DNA of 61,492 bases, filler included, from Choristocarpus tenellus KU-1152 (GCA_964200185.2; 8 parts of 8 records of this genome joined end to end with filler, not necessarily neighbours in it); one strand, 5' to 3'; positions 12,984 through 26,554 are shown, counted from the first letter of the whole stretch. Numbers and translations: made by a program. The notes: generated by a model not told the origin, from the letters alone.

Positions 12984-13163
12984 GGGTCAAAGTATCTGGG
13001 GAAGGAGGGGTGGTTTGTGAGGGGGCGTCCATTTCGGTCAAACAACTTTCTTTTTGGCTGACATTTCAATACCGACACGTGCGACCAAATCACACCAAAA
13101 AGTGAAAATCGAAAAAAGGGTGAAAAACGGACGCCGACACCCTCCTCTCAGATACTTTCACCC
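12984..13163. mobile_element. Short MITE (family S), 180 bp
   Basis: TIRs GGGTCAAAGTATCTG / CAGATACTTTCACCC flanked by TTTT on both sides. Homologous (inverted) to 28800-28961 and 61353-61492. Confidence 0.85.
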
Positions 13164-14169
13164 TTTTTGAACATCTTGCATTTTAAGCCAGTTTTTTTTA
13201 TTGTCTGGAAATCACCTATATGTCTATGGATGAAATGCTAAGTTTGACTTGAGAGGATTATTTTTAACTTTTCAACACAATTCAGAAAATATCCTCACAC
13301 ATTTGTAAAAAATGCGACATTTTGCATGCATTTGGTAGCACCTTTCAAATCCAACTTGGGGTACCTCTCGGTTACTTTGACTCAGAATCGATGAAAATAT
13401 GATGGTGGTTGATTGCTTGATAACTTTGTTTTGGGAGGTGACTGTAACATTATTGCTTCCCCTCCATAGCGTCGTGTATCTGCAAAATGTCATTAGTAGG
13501 GAACAAATAATATCTACAGATAGGTATATTATGCTGACGGATGTTGCCATAGGGGGGACAAGGATAATAATAATAGAGTAGGAGGAATACTATAATATAG
13601 GATTGGAAATATTAAACGAATACAGGGTTCTGGAACCTGGAATAGAACCAGTAGAAAAGGTATAGTACCCGAAACAGGCTCTCCCTTGTCTTTTTGTGTT
13701 TTGACTGTTGTGGTTGAATCGTTTTGATTCGATTATTAGTTGATTTGGTCATCGAAAATCGAGAGATACATTTGGGATCATCTGTTAAAACATGGGATAC
13801 TCACCTGTTTGTTCCTTGATACGATACAGTTACACCAGTCAACACTGACTGTTGATTGGTCTGTTACGTTCTGAGCGTTACTTTCACTAGTTCGTCATCA
13901 CCGCATCAACTACAATCAGAACACCATAGTACAGAACAGTCGCTCTGCGTTCCACACAAATAGTATAGTATAGTGTACGTCACATTAGTTGCATCACATA
14001 TTGTTTCAATTTTGTTCTGTTGTTTGTTTTTTTGCTTTCAGTCTTTCTCCTTATCAAGAGAAGATGACAGTTGTACATTTATGGTTGATTATTATTTCTT
14101 TCGTGACTGCATTTGATGCCTCAAATTGCATCAACGCCACGCTGCAAACTGTGCATCAAACACACACAT

Positions 14170-14269
14170 NNNNNNNNNNNNNNNNNNNNNNNNNNNNNNN
14201 NNNNNNNNNNNNNTTAATTAATTAANNNNNNNNNNNNNNNNNNNNNNNNNNNNNNNNNNNNNNNNNNNN
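14170..14269. other. Artificial contig linker
   Basis: N44-TTAATTAATTAA-N44. Confidence 0.97.
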
Positions 14270-14291
14270 TTTTTTTTTTTTTCCCCCCTTA

Positions 14292-14459
14292 CACATCTGC
14301 AAAATGTCAGAGGGCATAATAATAAAGTATAGAAAATACTATACATATATATGTCGTTATTAGTCCTAAAGAAATAAAATATCCTAAACGTAAGAACGCT
14401 ATAGAACATTTATAGTTTGGAAACCATACTATTATGCCCTCTGACATTTTGGAGATGTG
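14292..14459. repeat. Inverted repeat (30-bp arms, 29/30 identical) from a dispersed family
   Basis: CACATCTGCAAAATGTCAGAGGGCATAATA at 14292-14321 and its reverse complement at 14430-14459. Related degenerate copies at ~31556 (+) and ~32618-32647 (-). Confidence 0.75.
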
Positions 14460-16898
14460 GTACGATAGAAACCAATGAAAAACCATTCAAATGTCAAAAC
14501 AACCCCGAAAAAAGTAAACAGTTGTCGTAATTGTGAAGCACATTTTCTCTATCATCTATTTACTATCAGGTATGATACACCGCTACCCTCCTGTGCCTCC
14601 AACCTAGGTCAGTCCTGCACACCAGGGTAAGGAGCTAGGGAAGCATCCCAAGAATCCAACAAGCCCCTCCTTGCCCATCTCCCTGGTGTCTCCAGCTTAA
14701 AATGCATGACACATCTAGATAGAGCTACTTGTGTTGTGACAGACACTAGCTGTCGTAAACGAGATTTGACAGCCCCTTTCCTGCTGTAGCTTCCTGCCCC
14801 TCTCCCCCTTACTGTGTGCGCAGTGAACTCATCCAGAAAACTTTCCGTTTGCTTACCAATGCGCCAAACCTTTACACCGTAAAGGTGTTGAGATTATATG
14901 TACGAGGGTTCTTTTGACCATCGTAGTGGGTGCACTTTCGCGCCTCAGCTGCGGCAGCAGCTACACCATTGCTGGTGGATGAAAGGGATAGGTGGGATGC
15001 TGCTTGCCCTTCTGCAAACGTCACATCTAGATTGAGGCCTTTGTCCCAATAGGGAGCTGATCCAGCGTCCGCAAGCGCCCCAGCATGAAAGACCAGACCC
15101 ATGCGGAAATTCCGATCGATTGTGAATGGGCTACCGCTCTTTCGTAGTGCAAGGGATGCCCATTTCTTTGCAGATTTGACCTAGACGCTTCACCTTCACA
15201 GTGTGTGTTGGCGAAACTGTCCTCCTGCGTTCCGTATTATTATTATTATTACTATTCCACGCATCATATCTATCTTTAGAACTAATACTATATTCTCATC
15301 ATATTTTTCGATAGTAGGTAAGGGAGAAGGAGGGAATACAAATGTTCGGAATTTGGAAAAATGTTGGTGTCGGAATTCCCACACATTCTAGCAATCATTA
15401 TGAGATTTGCTCGAAAATGTACTATATCATGTACGTGCGATATTATCATTGTTGCGTGAAGTGTATCCATTCAATATTCACATCATACATTATTCGACTA
15501 TAATATGTGTTGCGGATTTGTATGTGTTAAGTAGCATATATTATACCAGCCGATGTGTAAGAGTGGAAAGTATGTATTTGATTTGATTTACTTGTTTTGA
15601 AATACAATATTCCTAAACGTTGAGTGCCTATAAATGTCCTTTCAGAGGAATGATCTAAAGTGAACTCATCAATAGGAGGTTCAGTTGACCAAAGAGCAAA
15701 GGATCTCACACCATCTATACGCGGGGTGGATTGCTGCATCGGCTAGGTTTTTGCATGTCTAACCCACTCAAACCTTGTTTGAAACGTCATCGGGCATCCT
15801 ACGTTGATATCGAACCATTACTGTATTTTATTGATACCGACCCAGCTTTCAAGACAATTTGCATCCAAATGTTGGAAGTTTGTCCAGAAGAGGGGAAGGA
15901 AACTGCTCAAACGACAGGAAGATTATCTATCCTCCCCTGAAGACTGCATTAGGCTATTTTCTATCGGACAAGCTGATCGCAGATCATTTTCTTTTCTACT
16001 TCAAACAACTACAAGGAGCAACAGCAAGCCAACTCAGGAGAATATTGACAGGAGTGCCTTCATCACCACCCTGCTGGAAGATGACAAGGGATTTCACATG
16101 GTATATTGGCGTAAACTGCGTGGGAAGAGGATCCAAGAAGGAATGATAGTATGCAGAGATATTGTGAGCGACACTCCCCTTTGGCACTGTTGGTTGTATT
16201 GGTGTCTGTCGCCTGTTTGCGGAGTCTGGAATTGAGACTGCCCTGGAGGCCCAGAGCTGCCAAGTTAGCCCCCTTGGGAACTCAGCACAAACAACAGCAC
16301 TCTTATAACGCCTTCAATATAGTTTTAGGAAAATAGAGTAGTAGGCCGTTTCCCTCTCGTGCATGTAGGCACTGACATACTTCAAAGTATATTCTAATGT
16401 GCGCATTGTATATGCTTGATTGCAGATGCAGAAAGGGCCTGGGTAGCCGCATGGTTCCTTAGAAACCTATTGTAGTCTTGGCAGCGTGGTCCTGTCTTGA
16501 TGCCCTAACATTCAAGCTGGGAACCTCAATCACCTCCACAAAACACAACCAGAGTGCAAGACAAAAAGATGAAGCACACAAGAGATACGCTTCAGTCAGT
16601 ATGCCCAATACACAGCAGGATGGGTAACAACGAAGTGAGTCAATGACCTCTCTCCTGTGAATAAAAAACATCACATCTTCTAGGACCCAGCGTGGTTACC
16701 ACACCACTGTTAAATTCAAAAAGTGTGCTTTGTGCATACTCTGTATTCCTGCCAGCAATAGACAGGAGTTCAAGATTTTCAAAAGTCACATCTGATTAAA
16801 TATTATTAATGGCAGTTGGTATTCAGCAACACAACACATAAGGACACTCTCTACTCCAAGCTCCGAAGCACACCCTCAAAAACATTATCGTGTATCAA

Positions 16899-17362
16899 TC
16901 ATGCTGGACCAGGGTCCATGGCAAACATGTAAATTCTGTCCCCATCATAATTTGGCACAAACAGCTTTGCCCAGCCTTCCTCTCCCCTCCACAAAAACTC
17001 ATCCCTTTTCGCCCTTGACCTAACAGACACTGCCACATTCCCATGAGATCCCTGCAACATTCCTTGCCCGTTCTCCATATTCAGCAAAGGTGGCATCCCA
17101 GTCTTCCCTGTCTCCCTGTCTCCCTTTGTCCCTCCTAGTACTGGACCATAGCTAACCGCCAATGACCCAACTGTACCCTGTACATCTATTGAACAAACCA
17201 CTTCATAAGCCAAGGGTCCAAGCAATTGGTTTGTATTATCAACCCAACCCCCCTCTCCGGTCCCCACCGATGATCCTCCTTGTCTGCCTATTTCATCTCC
17301 TTGTTGCCTGCTTTGCGACCCTTTCAATGGACGAAGGATGTACGCTGCTTGTGAACAGTCAC
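16899..17362 (-). CDS. Terminal exon of an FG-GAP/VCBS-type beta-propeller protein (upstream exons off the contig)
   Basis: Acceptor TTGCAG then GDCSQAAYILRP...AYEVVCSIDVQGTVGSLAVSY...EGWAKLFVPNYDGDRIYMFAM...stop. Resembles the GD..AYLL.P / GTVG.LAV.D.DGDG..ELFVP.Y ending of FG-GAP repeat proteins (recognised from memory). Confidence 0.55.
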
Positions 17363-17417
17363 CTGCAATTGCAATGTACGGTTGGCACTTGCCCTGGATG
17401 GGGGCAGAGGGGGGAAG

Positions 17418-17517
17418 NNNNNNNNNNNNNNNNNNNNNNNNNNNNNNNNNNNNNNNNNNNNTTAATTAATTAANNNNNNNNNNNNNNNNNNNNNNNNNNN
17501 NNNNNNNNNNNNNNNNN
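17418..17517. other. Artificial contig linker
   Basis: N44-TTAATTAATTAA-N44. Confidence 0.97.
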
Positions 17518-17550
17518 GGGAGGAGAGAAGAGGGGTGGGGGGTGGGTGGG

Positions 17551-17584
17551 GGGGATGGGATGGGATGGGATGGGATGGGATGGG
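17551..17584. repeat. (GGGAT)n microsatellite
   Basis: Seen directly, near the contig start. Confidence 0.85.
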
Positions 17585-18476
17585 TTAGGATTAGGTGGAA
17601 AAAAACAAATATCAAGTCTTTTTACACGCACGATAGTACAGAAAAAAATCTACGTATAGTCAAAACAACATACAAAAATTATTTTTTTAGTAAGAAATTA
17701 CTTTATTTAATAAATAAAAACATTTTTAACCAAAAATATCGAACATACAGTTAGATCAGTTCTTACTTATAAAAAATCTATTTCATCATAAATAAAAATA
17801 TTTTTAACCGGAAGAATCAAACGCACAGTTAAATAAATCACTTCTTTTTTTATTTATTCCTAATGTTAAAAAGAAAAAAAAATTAAAGTGCGATAACATC
17901 CTCCCCAAGAAATTATGACTTCAAACACAAGCGGCAATTCCAACAGATCTCACGACTCAAGGGGGTACAAAAGCACCATGGTACCAACAGAACAGAACAT
18001 GTCCATGGGGTCCCCTTGACCTGAGAATTACCAACAAAACCAAAATCTTGGGATGGAAAACCTAGTGTGAGAAGAGAGGTGACATCAATCCCACAGTACA
18101 CGCCGCCAGACCCAGATTTGAAAAAAAAAGGGAGATCGATCAATTGTTCTAATAATAATAAACCAACAAAACAAAAAGTGTTTCAACTCCATCAACTACC
18201 CATTTGTAACACAAAACACGCCACGGGTTCTTCAAGCAAGCAGCGCCCCCCTTCCTTCCTGCCCCACCCCCCCTATACTTCCCAATAGACCCAACATTTT
18301 GCAGCCATTTTCCTAGTTTTTCAAAGCTGTGATGCTCTTTCCACCCTCTCTCTCCCTTTGCCTTCCCCTCCACTCCCATCTGAACACCTAAGGTCATAGC
18401 AACTAAGACCCTTGCCCCTCCCCCTCCCCCTCTGCATGTCCCTCCAATCCTGTCCTCTCTACATAACAAAGCATAC

Positions 18477-19971
18477 CTTGCATGATTTTCCGAGCTCCTT
18501 GGTTGGAAAGTTGACATACTTCAGTGCCTCGATGGAACAAACCATGGCACCAATGTATGCAAAACCAGCTATGCAGAAGATTTCGTGAGGTATCTGTAAA
18601 AAAACGGAATTCATTGATGGATATAGACGTAACTCAATCAAACCGATGTATCAATCATAATTGAATCGCGTTCATATTTTACGCTATGTTTCTTTTGAGA
18701 AGACAGGTGGTAGAGGTACAGGCTAAATAAAGCACACACACACACACATAGATAACATACAAAATACACAAACCTTAGTAGTAGTAGTAGTAGTAGTAGT
18801 AATAGTATTACTATTAGCAGTAGTAAAAACACATTAAAAAACAAAAAAATGAAAACCATATCAAGGATTTCTGCCCTGAAAATAGAAAAAACAAAATGTC
18901 ATACATAGTGATACATTGCATTACTGAAAGAAATTGTTCATTTTCCAAACATTTAATTTTAAAAAAACGATAACTTTTTGCTTTATCTCAGGAAGAAGAG
19001 TCAAAGATTGAAATATATGTAAACCAAACAAACATCAGAGCACTATTGAAAAAATAAAAAAAAAAAAACTTACCTTCTCCCCGGAACGCCCTCTTACATT
19101 CATGGCTACTCCAGCAAACAGGACATTCACTACACACTGTACCCATAGCAGAAAAATTGTGGCAGTGAACCTGAAAAAAACAAAAAAACACATGCAAAAA
19201 AGGTACAGTACAACAAAGAGGTACAGTACACAAGAGTTACATGTGAATTTCAAGGCGCAATCAGAGATGCAGGGGTCTTATTTGTTTTGTCAATAAACAA
19301 AGAAAATGCAAGTACGGTTCGTTTTTGTTTCTTAATTACAAGAGTAGAACACTATTTATTACTCTTTATAAATACAAAAAAAGAAGAGCTCAATGATTTA
19401 AAGACGGATGGATGTCAGTGAAAAAAAAAAAGGAGAAATCTGGTCATCATACCTACTTTGACTTACCTCCATACATACACAATATCTTCTTATCTATATA
19501 TATATTATAGAGTATTGTAGATCAAGACAGTTCAATTAATTAACTGCAGTCCAATTTGAAAATATATATATGAATAATAAACCGAAAATGGAAAAGTTAG
19601 GCTAATTTTTTTTTAAATACAATACGACATGTTACGAGTATGACGGAATGAATCCAATATCACAGAAGAAACACATATTCATCTATCAACAAGGTGTCAC
19701 TATCAATACCCACAGCTCACTCCACATTTCACTACTCTGATCATGGCTTTGAATCTGCATGCCGAGACCTGTGGAGGCTTCAGATTTTTTGTCTCAAGGC
19801 ATCGTATGCTACCCAGCATGTGGCATGCGTTCGCACGCCACCTCGTGCGTCGACATTCGAATTGAATTGAATTCAAATAAATCCGAATTTTTTCTCCAGC
19901 CCAATCCAACTGTACTTGCATATCCTTTCAGCTCACAACAATAATAATAAAAAGCATATTTATTTTATTTC

Positions 19972-20006
<35 letters not shown>

Positions 20007-22141
20007 TACGTGTGTACGCGAACTCTTAGGTCTTCAGACTCCACTACTCTCGCATTCAAAATGGAAAATAATAATAATAATAAAAAAAAAACGTAATTCG
20101 ATTGGACAATACTTTTATCACACATTGTATTCAAAATACTGTTTCAGTTTAGCCAGCGAGTGGTACGATGCGACTGAAAATGCGACTTGGAATGTGACAA
20201 AGAAACCCTCAGACACAGACACCCCACGCCGAGATCGCCTCTCCCTCCTGTGCCACAGCTAGCTAGCTCCAGCAACCTTGTACCTCCCTGGCAATGGCCG
20301 AATTAATGATCATTGGAAAGACAGAAATAATTCCTGGACTAATATTGAAGTACTATCCCCCCCACCTGAAAAAACTGCCTTCTTTTTCTAGCCACTGTTT
20401 TTCATCCATGTGCACAATCAAGAGGCAACAACAACAATTAACAATTCTTAAAAATACCAAATAAAAGACTGTAATTAAAACGGTAACCAAATCTGATCTT
20501 GGAAAAAAAAGAGTAATGGGATTAAAAAAAAAGTTTCTCTTCGATACAATTGCCACAAAAATAGAGCCGGTATCGGTCTGTGTACGTATGCAGTTCGGAG
20601 GAAATCTGCAGTCCAATTCATAAGTCAAGTCTCCTTACATCAGCCGTAACACCTCTCCAATAAAAATTTTAAAAAAACTTGACCATCACCGTACAACAGG
20701 CGAGAGTGGTCTAGACATTTCTGATTGACTGAGCAAACAATTGGGAAGGGGAGTGTCAGAAGAAAAGGATAAACGTAAAAAAACATTCCTACATCATTTT
20801 CTCAACGCCTTCACAATTCCCTACAAAAAGGCAGCCGAAATATAACAGATCGCTCGCATACTTGGGACCTGAGATGCACGAGCAGTGAATCGAAAGCCTG
20901 AAGCACAGACTTCACAGCAACAAAAAGAAAAAAAGAAAATTTAGAGTGCTTCGAAGTGCCACCTATCAATCTGGGTCTTTCTTGTAACAGGACTCGGCAG
21001 AGATGGTGGGGACGATAAGGGACAAATAAACACCTTCTCGCCCGACACCACGAGCTTCTCTTGTTCTCCGAAACACAATGAAGGGAGTTAGAAAAATTAG
21101 AAAAGAAGTGCGTCTCGGATGTGGATACTTAGTCCCATTCAACTGTCACGTCTTAATACGTCGTATCTCATACAATTCAATACTTAACTCAAAACACAAA
21201 CACAACAACAAATATATATTAGTAGAAATATATACCTACGATTTATGCTACACGCACACGTACCACTGTAAGCTGTACAGGATCATCTTCATCAGAATAC
21301 ATTGTGAAGTACACAGTCCTAAATGATGTGAGGGACACAAACGGTGTGGATTCATTCCCAAAAGTAAAACAAAACTCAACATTCTGCCCACGATAACGCA
21401 CCAAACACTTGCATAACGCTCCTAACAACAGCATACTCTCTAGGAAACCCCCAAACTTTCTACCCGATCAACTTTGTCTTCACCCAACCCCCTCCCCTCA
21501 CCCATGTTCCCTGACTCCATCCACACACCTTTGCCAAAAAACCCCATAAAAAATACACTTCCTGAACTTCTATCACACCTCCTAAATCACCCACCAACAC
21601 GCCAACACCCCCACAAGCACACTGAACCTGAACCTAAGCATCGATCAAAGAGAGGGATATTACTTGAAAAAGCTGTCTGGTAGAATCTGGGCTCAGGGTC
21701 CTACAGATGCACTGGTGTCCATTAGCGGGATCAAAGAACGAAGTCCACTGTTGCAAGAAACCTTGACTAGAAGCCCTCCCCGAAAAAGAAAAATGCGGGC
21801 ACAGCAATAGCATTGAAGCAGCAATCATTTACTGGAAATTCGACAATTTGTTTTTCTCACCTCTCCCCGACATGATCCGGCTCTTCTGAGCGATAGCTGT
21901 AGATATGCTCCTGCAGGATGCCCGACGTCAGGTAGCACGAGTATATGCCGAGCACCGAAATCAGCAGTTTAACCTCTGGGCCCATGAACCCCTTGATGCC
22001 CTTGTTGCCCTTCCCTGCCGCCCCCAGCCCTGGCGCTGTTGCCACAGCCCCGGTTGATGCCACCGGTGCAGTCGTCGTCACGCCCGCTGTCACTGTGTCG
22101 GACGACGGCACACGGCCATTGGTAGAAGCGTCTGCTGCCAT
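18477..22141 (-). CDS. SLC35B1: SLC35B1/UTR1-3/HUT1-type nucleotide-sugar (UAA family) transporter, first three exons
   Basis: Exons 22141-21861 (...KLLISVLGIYSCYLTSGILQEHIY...), 19170-19074 (RFTATIFLLWVQCVVNVLFA...) and 18593-18477 (...AYIGAMVCSIEALKYVNFPTKELGKSCK). Phases consistent. Matches the SLC35B motifs GI...Y...GILQE and AL..V.YPTQVLGKSCK. Confidence 0.88.
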
Positions 22142-23851
22142 TCCTTCTTCAAGCCCCACTAGCACAGATTCCTTTCTGGATGGTGTACGCTCCTGGCGAG
22201 GGAATAGGGCGAGCGAAGAGGGGCGAACGAGCGGTACTTTCAACAGCGAACTCCAGAGGCAAGTCTTCCTGCACGTGGGAGGATGGGGCAGAGTTTGGAC
22301 ACGAAGCTGTAGATAAGGAGCTGACTCTGCATCCGTGTGGACGAGGGGGTACCATCTATTTGTTGGGGTAGTTGAATGATTTTGCTACGGACACTGGAAT
22401 GAGCTTCACGGCAGATGAGAGCGCATGCCACCGACGTATGAGAACCTGTCATACAAGGAAAATGCCTCCTGGCCAACTCCAGTAACGATGCAGAAGAAAA
22501 TTGGTGAAGTAGAGGCACATCACACACAGGTTAGTGGTGATATTTGCCAACTTGTGAACCTCCCCCTCATTACATGCTTTGATACCTGGGGAATCATTTC
22601 TCGGTCATTCTCACAGTGCTGAACCTGAGCTATATCCTCCTGTCATGCAAACAGTCATGTTGCACCGTTGATGGGGAGGATGGGGGGTTGGGAGAGCCCT
22701 CGGCCCATCTCTCCAAAAGCAACAAACTACGGGGTAGTTACTTCCTAGGATCTCACAAGAACCTTGAAGGAAGATGTGGATCCAACCATTGGCGGGCCAC
22801 TCTTCTCTACCGAGTTTCTTTGACAATCTAAGTTTGTTGCTTTTTGTAACAGGCAAACCATAATGCGCAACACCTCTTGCGGATTTGTCCTCACACTTAT
22901 CTCCCACCTATATGGCACATCCTCGCAGCAGCCTTACACTATATGCATCGTTTTATGCCAAGAATGCAAACTGCCTGTCCCTAGACTCTACCTTTGGCAG
23001 ACGTCAGTTTCTTGCGTTTGTGTATATGGTATAGACTCAACCTAGGACTGTCTAGTCGTAATCAGCAAGAGGTTAAGACAAGCGGATTACCTACCAGTGT
23101 AGGCTGCGGGGTTGAACGTGACCAAAGACTGGAGCAGAGGCAGGGGATGAGCGGCTAGGACTGTTGCTCTAAATGGTGACAATCGTATATGCAAACTACA
23201 GCACAACTTTGTAGTAGGTAGTATGAGGCATCACAAATGTGACCAACGGACCGATTACACGAAATTGAGTGTGGTGAAGCCACGCGGCACTCTGCGCGCT
23301 AAGCTACACGCGGCTAATCAACAAGAACATTCAATTAATGATTCTTGACCAGTATACTACAAGTACGTACTACATAGTAAGTTGTAGTCAATATTCTTTC
23401 TTTCACTAATTAATTTTACTATAGTGTACTACTATTTTGTTTGGTATCGATTACTTTGTGAATGAGTGTATTCCTCTGTTTAATTTTAAGTTTCTATAGT
23501 TCAAGACAGGTACTAGCAACCAGTTCAAAGAGGTGAGTTGGAAGAGTTACTTGACACCTACCAAGAAGACCAATATGGTTTATACCAACTCCTACCTGAA
23601 AATGTTCGTAATTCATGTAGAGTAGAGATGGGACAACCACATAGAGTTCCTCTCCGCATATACATGACAAAACTGGGCAATTACTGAGGGAGCAACCACT
23701 CACCATGGAATACTTCACCATACCTACTAAAATCAAGTTGCTTGGTCTCAACCCTCATAGTGGTGAAATCCTTATTCAACAACCCACACCCATACCCTCG
23801 GACATGAACCAATAGCGATGATGATAGAGATGCCACACTGGACCCTCAGTT

Positions 23852-24116
23852 GAGTGAAAGTATCGTAGAGGGTACGAGTTTTGCCCTGTTTGTCCATTTG
23901 GTGCTTTGCTTCCAATCAATGGATTTTTGATGATATTTTACCTACTCCAAAATCAGTTTCGGAGTAGGTAAAATGTATACATTATGAAAAGGTGTGTCCG
24001 GAACAAGGATATTGACATTCCCTAACAAACACGATAGTCAAAATTCCATCAAAATTGCAATATTGCATTTTGGCCCCCAAATGGACGCAGCTCTACCCTC
24101 TAAGATAATTTGACTC
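23852..24116 (+). mobile_element. Long MITE (family L), 265 bp
   Basis: TIRs GAGTGAAAGTATCGTAGAGGGTA ... TACCCTCTAAGATAATTTGACTC; flanks AGTT/GGTT. Homologous to 51374, 51925, 52151, 57008 and 59140. Confidence 0.85.
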
Positions 24117-24769
24117 GGTTATGACGATCAATCGTTTGCATTCGTAGAGGATATATATATATATATACCATTAGTGTTACAAGGGGCTTGTGGTGTCAAT
24201 TCCATTGACTAAAGTACTTTTTGTAGACTACAATGAGGAGTTTGCAACGTCCATGAGGATAACCACAAAATAATTCTATCACGGGATCACATATACCATA
24301 TATGATATATGAACGGATAATCTAATTATTAGGTCCCTATAATACACGAACCAAAAATATAAACTGGAGATATAAGGAAACACGTAACGTGCTCAGCGTT
24401 TCATAAACTACTCCACCAGTGGTGTCTATAGTGTATCAGTACCACTATCCACGAATAATTGGAGCTCTCCAGGCAATGGAAATGGGAAGGCCATGGGTCT
24501 CAACAAACTTTCATTTGAGATAGTAAATCTTCAGCTACAGGATAACGTGGTTATTATCTAGGGTTTCCATAAGATTGTGTTGGCTGTATGGGACCAGGGA
24601 GTCATTGTATCTAAGATCTGGAAGCTCTTCACCTCATTACACAAGAAGAAGGACCGAACTGTCTGTGGTAAATACCAGGCCACCTCATTATTGGTGGCAC
24701 GAGCTACCAAATATTTCTCAAGGTTGTTGCACGGCTACTAGAAGATTCCTCACACGAGAAAAAAATACT

Positions 24770-24841
24770 GGCTCAAAGTATCTGGGAGGGGGTGGGGGCT
24801 GTCCATTTGGGGTCAATTTTTTTATGTCGCGATTTTTGGGT
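24770..24841. mobile_element. Family S-like MITE end truncated by the contig end
   Basis: GGCTCAAAGTATCTGGG...GTCCATTT runs into the linker. Confidence 0.6.
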
Positions 24842-24941
24842 NNNNNNNNNNNNNNNNNNNNNNNNNNNNNNNNNNNNNNNNNNNNTTAATTAATTAANNN
24901 NNNNNNNNNNNNNNNNNNNNNNNNNNNNNNNNNNNNNNNNN
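24842..24941. other. Artificial contig linker
   Basis: N44-TTAATTAATTAA-N44. Confidence 0.97.
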
Positions 24942-25368
24942 AGGGGGAGGCAAACCAAAGACGAGCCAAGGGTTTCACAGCTGCAGCGAAAAGGAAAGAG
25001 AATTAGGATGCCGCCAAACAGAGTGCTCAAGGGTTAGGGAGGCTGATGCCAAAGAGCAAATGGAGAAACTCGTATCAAGGTGGACAGTAGAGAGATGCCT
25101 TCTGAGGAGCATGCACATGTACTACTGGTGATCCTGTGATTTGTATCAGTTCGTCATCTTCGACCATCTGGGACAAACTGAGGCGGTGGGGTGTGTCCGT
25201 CTGGTAGCGGGAATGGGATACAACAAGGTTTTTCACATTGTCAGCATTGTCACATTGTCAAAACTTGGACAAAAAGAGGTATTTTACACCTCTGGGACTG
25301 GGAGGGGGACTATTCAAGCAGACCCTGACAAGAGGTGAAATCTCCTTAGATCACACCTCGATGAGAAG

Positions 25369-25402
<34 letters not shown>

Positions 25403-26020
25403 CATCTTTAAATGGCACTCAATGGGAAATGCAGTCTTCTGTGAGGGTTAGTGACCTTGGTAAAGAAAAAGCTTTGGGTGGAATTCTAGTTGAGGGGTTC
25501 GGGTACCATCTTGAAGGATTTGGACTGATTTGGGCTATGTACAGAGAAGGTGTCGAATCAATATCTCACCTCTGACGATGGGAGAGGACATGTTCACAGG
25601 TCCCTCCCTGGTTGAGTACTGGGGACCCTTAAGGGGGAAGTTGCAAAGGGGAGAATGATTGCCCAAGTGAGAGATCAGATAAGGGTGGGGTGGTACGGTG
25701 ACCCTAGCCCTAACCCTAACTGGGATAAGATCGACGGTGGATGGAAACTAGCAGAGTGTGACAAGCTGGTTGCCCATGCCCAGAGGGAGATGACAAAATA
25801 AATTAAGACAGAGGACAAAATATTGGGGGGAGACACATTCAACCAGACAAATGTTCTGTAGTAGCTGAAATATACAATAGAGTTAGCAAGAACAATTGGA
25901 CGCTGTAGAGGGAAGAGTAGATCATAGAGGGACACCTTGCAGGAGGATTATGAGGCAGAACTCATAGTGGGAGATGGTAACAATGACAACATCGAAGGTG
26001 ACGAATCTGAAACTGAAATT

Positions 26021-26078
26021 TAATAATAATGATAATAATAATAATAATAATAATAGTAGTAGTAGTAGTAGTAGTAGT
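26021..26078. repeat. Compound (TAA)n(TAG)n microsatellite
   Basis: Seen directly. Confidence 0.85.
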
Positions 26079-26346
26079 GAACATCAAAAGACCCAGTAAA
26101 ACTTGGAGTACTCAGAGTACCCTCAGAGCAGTCTGTCCGCACACTACCAAAGAGCTAGCAAGATAATGTGTGTAGAATTTTATATCAACAATGGATCAGA
26201 ATACTGGAATATAGTGATGTTGAAGGAACATTCTAGGGAATGTACTAGTTGGCAATTAACTGAATTGTTTGCTATGATGGTGGAGGATAGGACAACCCTC
26301 CCTTATGAATAGGACTCACTCTTCGCTGTTACTTAATGAGGCATAA

Positions 26347-26404
26347 TCTATATCACCAGCTTCTTCTTTGCAGTGTCTATATCACCATCTTCTTCTTTGC
26401 AGTG
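26347..26404. repeat. 2 x 29-bp tandem repeat
   Basis: TCTATATCACCA[G/T]CTTCTTCTTTGCAGTG twice. Confidence 0.85.
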
Positions 26405-26435
26405 AAGCAGTACACTCTTTGGTACCGTGTAAAGA

Positions 26436-26554
26436 TGTTCTACAGCCAAGGACATCTTGTGTTCTACAGCCAAGGACATCTTGTGTTCTACAGCCAAGGA
26501 CATCTTGCGTTCTACAGCCAAGGACATCTTGTGTTCTACAGCCAAGGACATCTT
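26436..26554. repeat. 5 x 24-bp minisatellite
   Basis: TGTTCTACAGCCAAGGACATCTTG repeated head-to-tail with no spacers. Confidence 0.95.

Noticed and set aside
14860-16260. GC-richer coding-like segments (minus 14872-15220, plus 15804-16235)
   Set aside because: No recognisable domain and no consistent splice chain or strand could be established. They may still be exons of an unknown gene.
22425-22830. Small plus-strand gene divergent from SLC35B1 (MPPTYENLSY...|DLTRTLKE...)
   Set aside because: Splice sites are plausible, but the product would be ~60 aa with no similarity I can recognise.
25702-25720. CCCTAGCCCTAACCCTAA as a telomere
   Set aside because: Only two to three units, internal to a contig.
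26436-26554. 24-bp repeats as a CRISPR array or repeat protein
   Set aside because: Units are contiguous with no spacers and there are no cas genes. The overlapping ORFs arise only because the unit length is a multiple of three.
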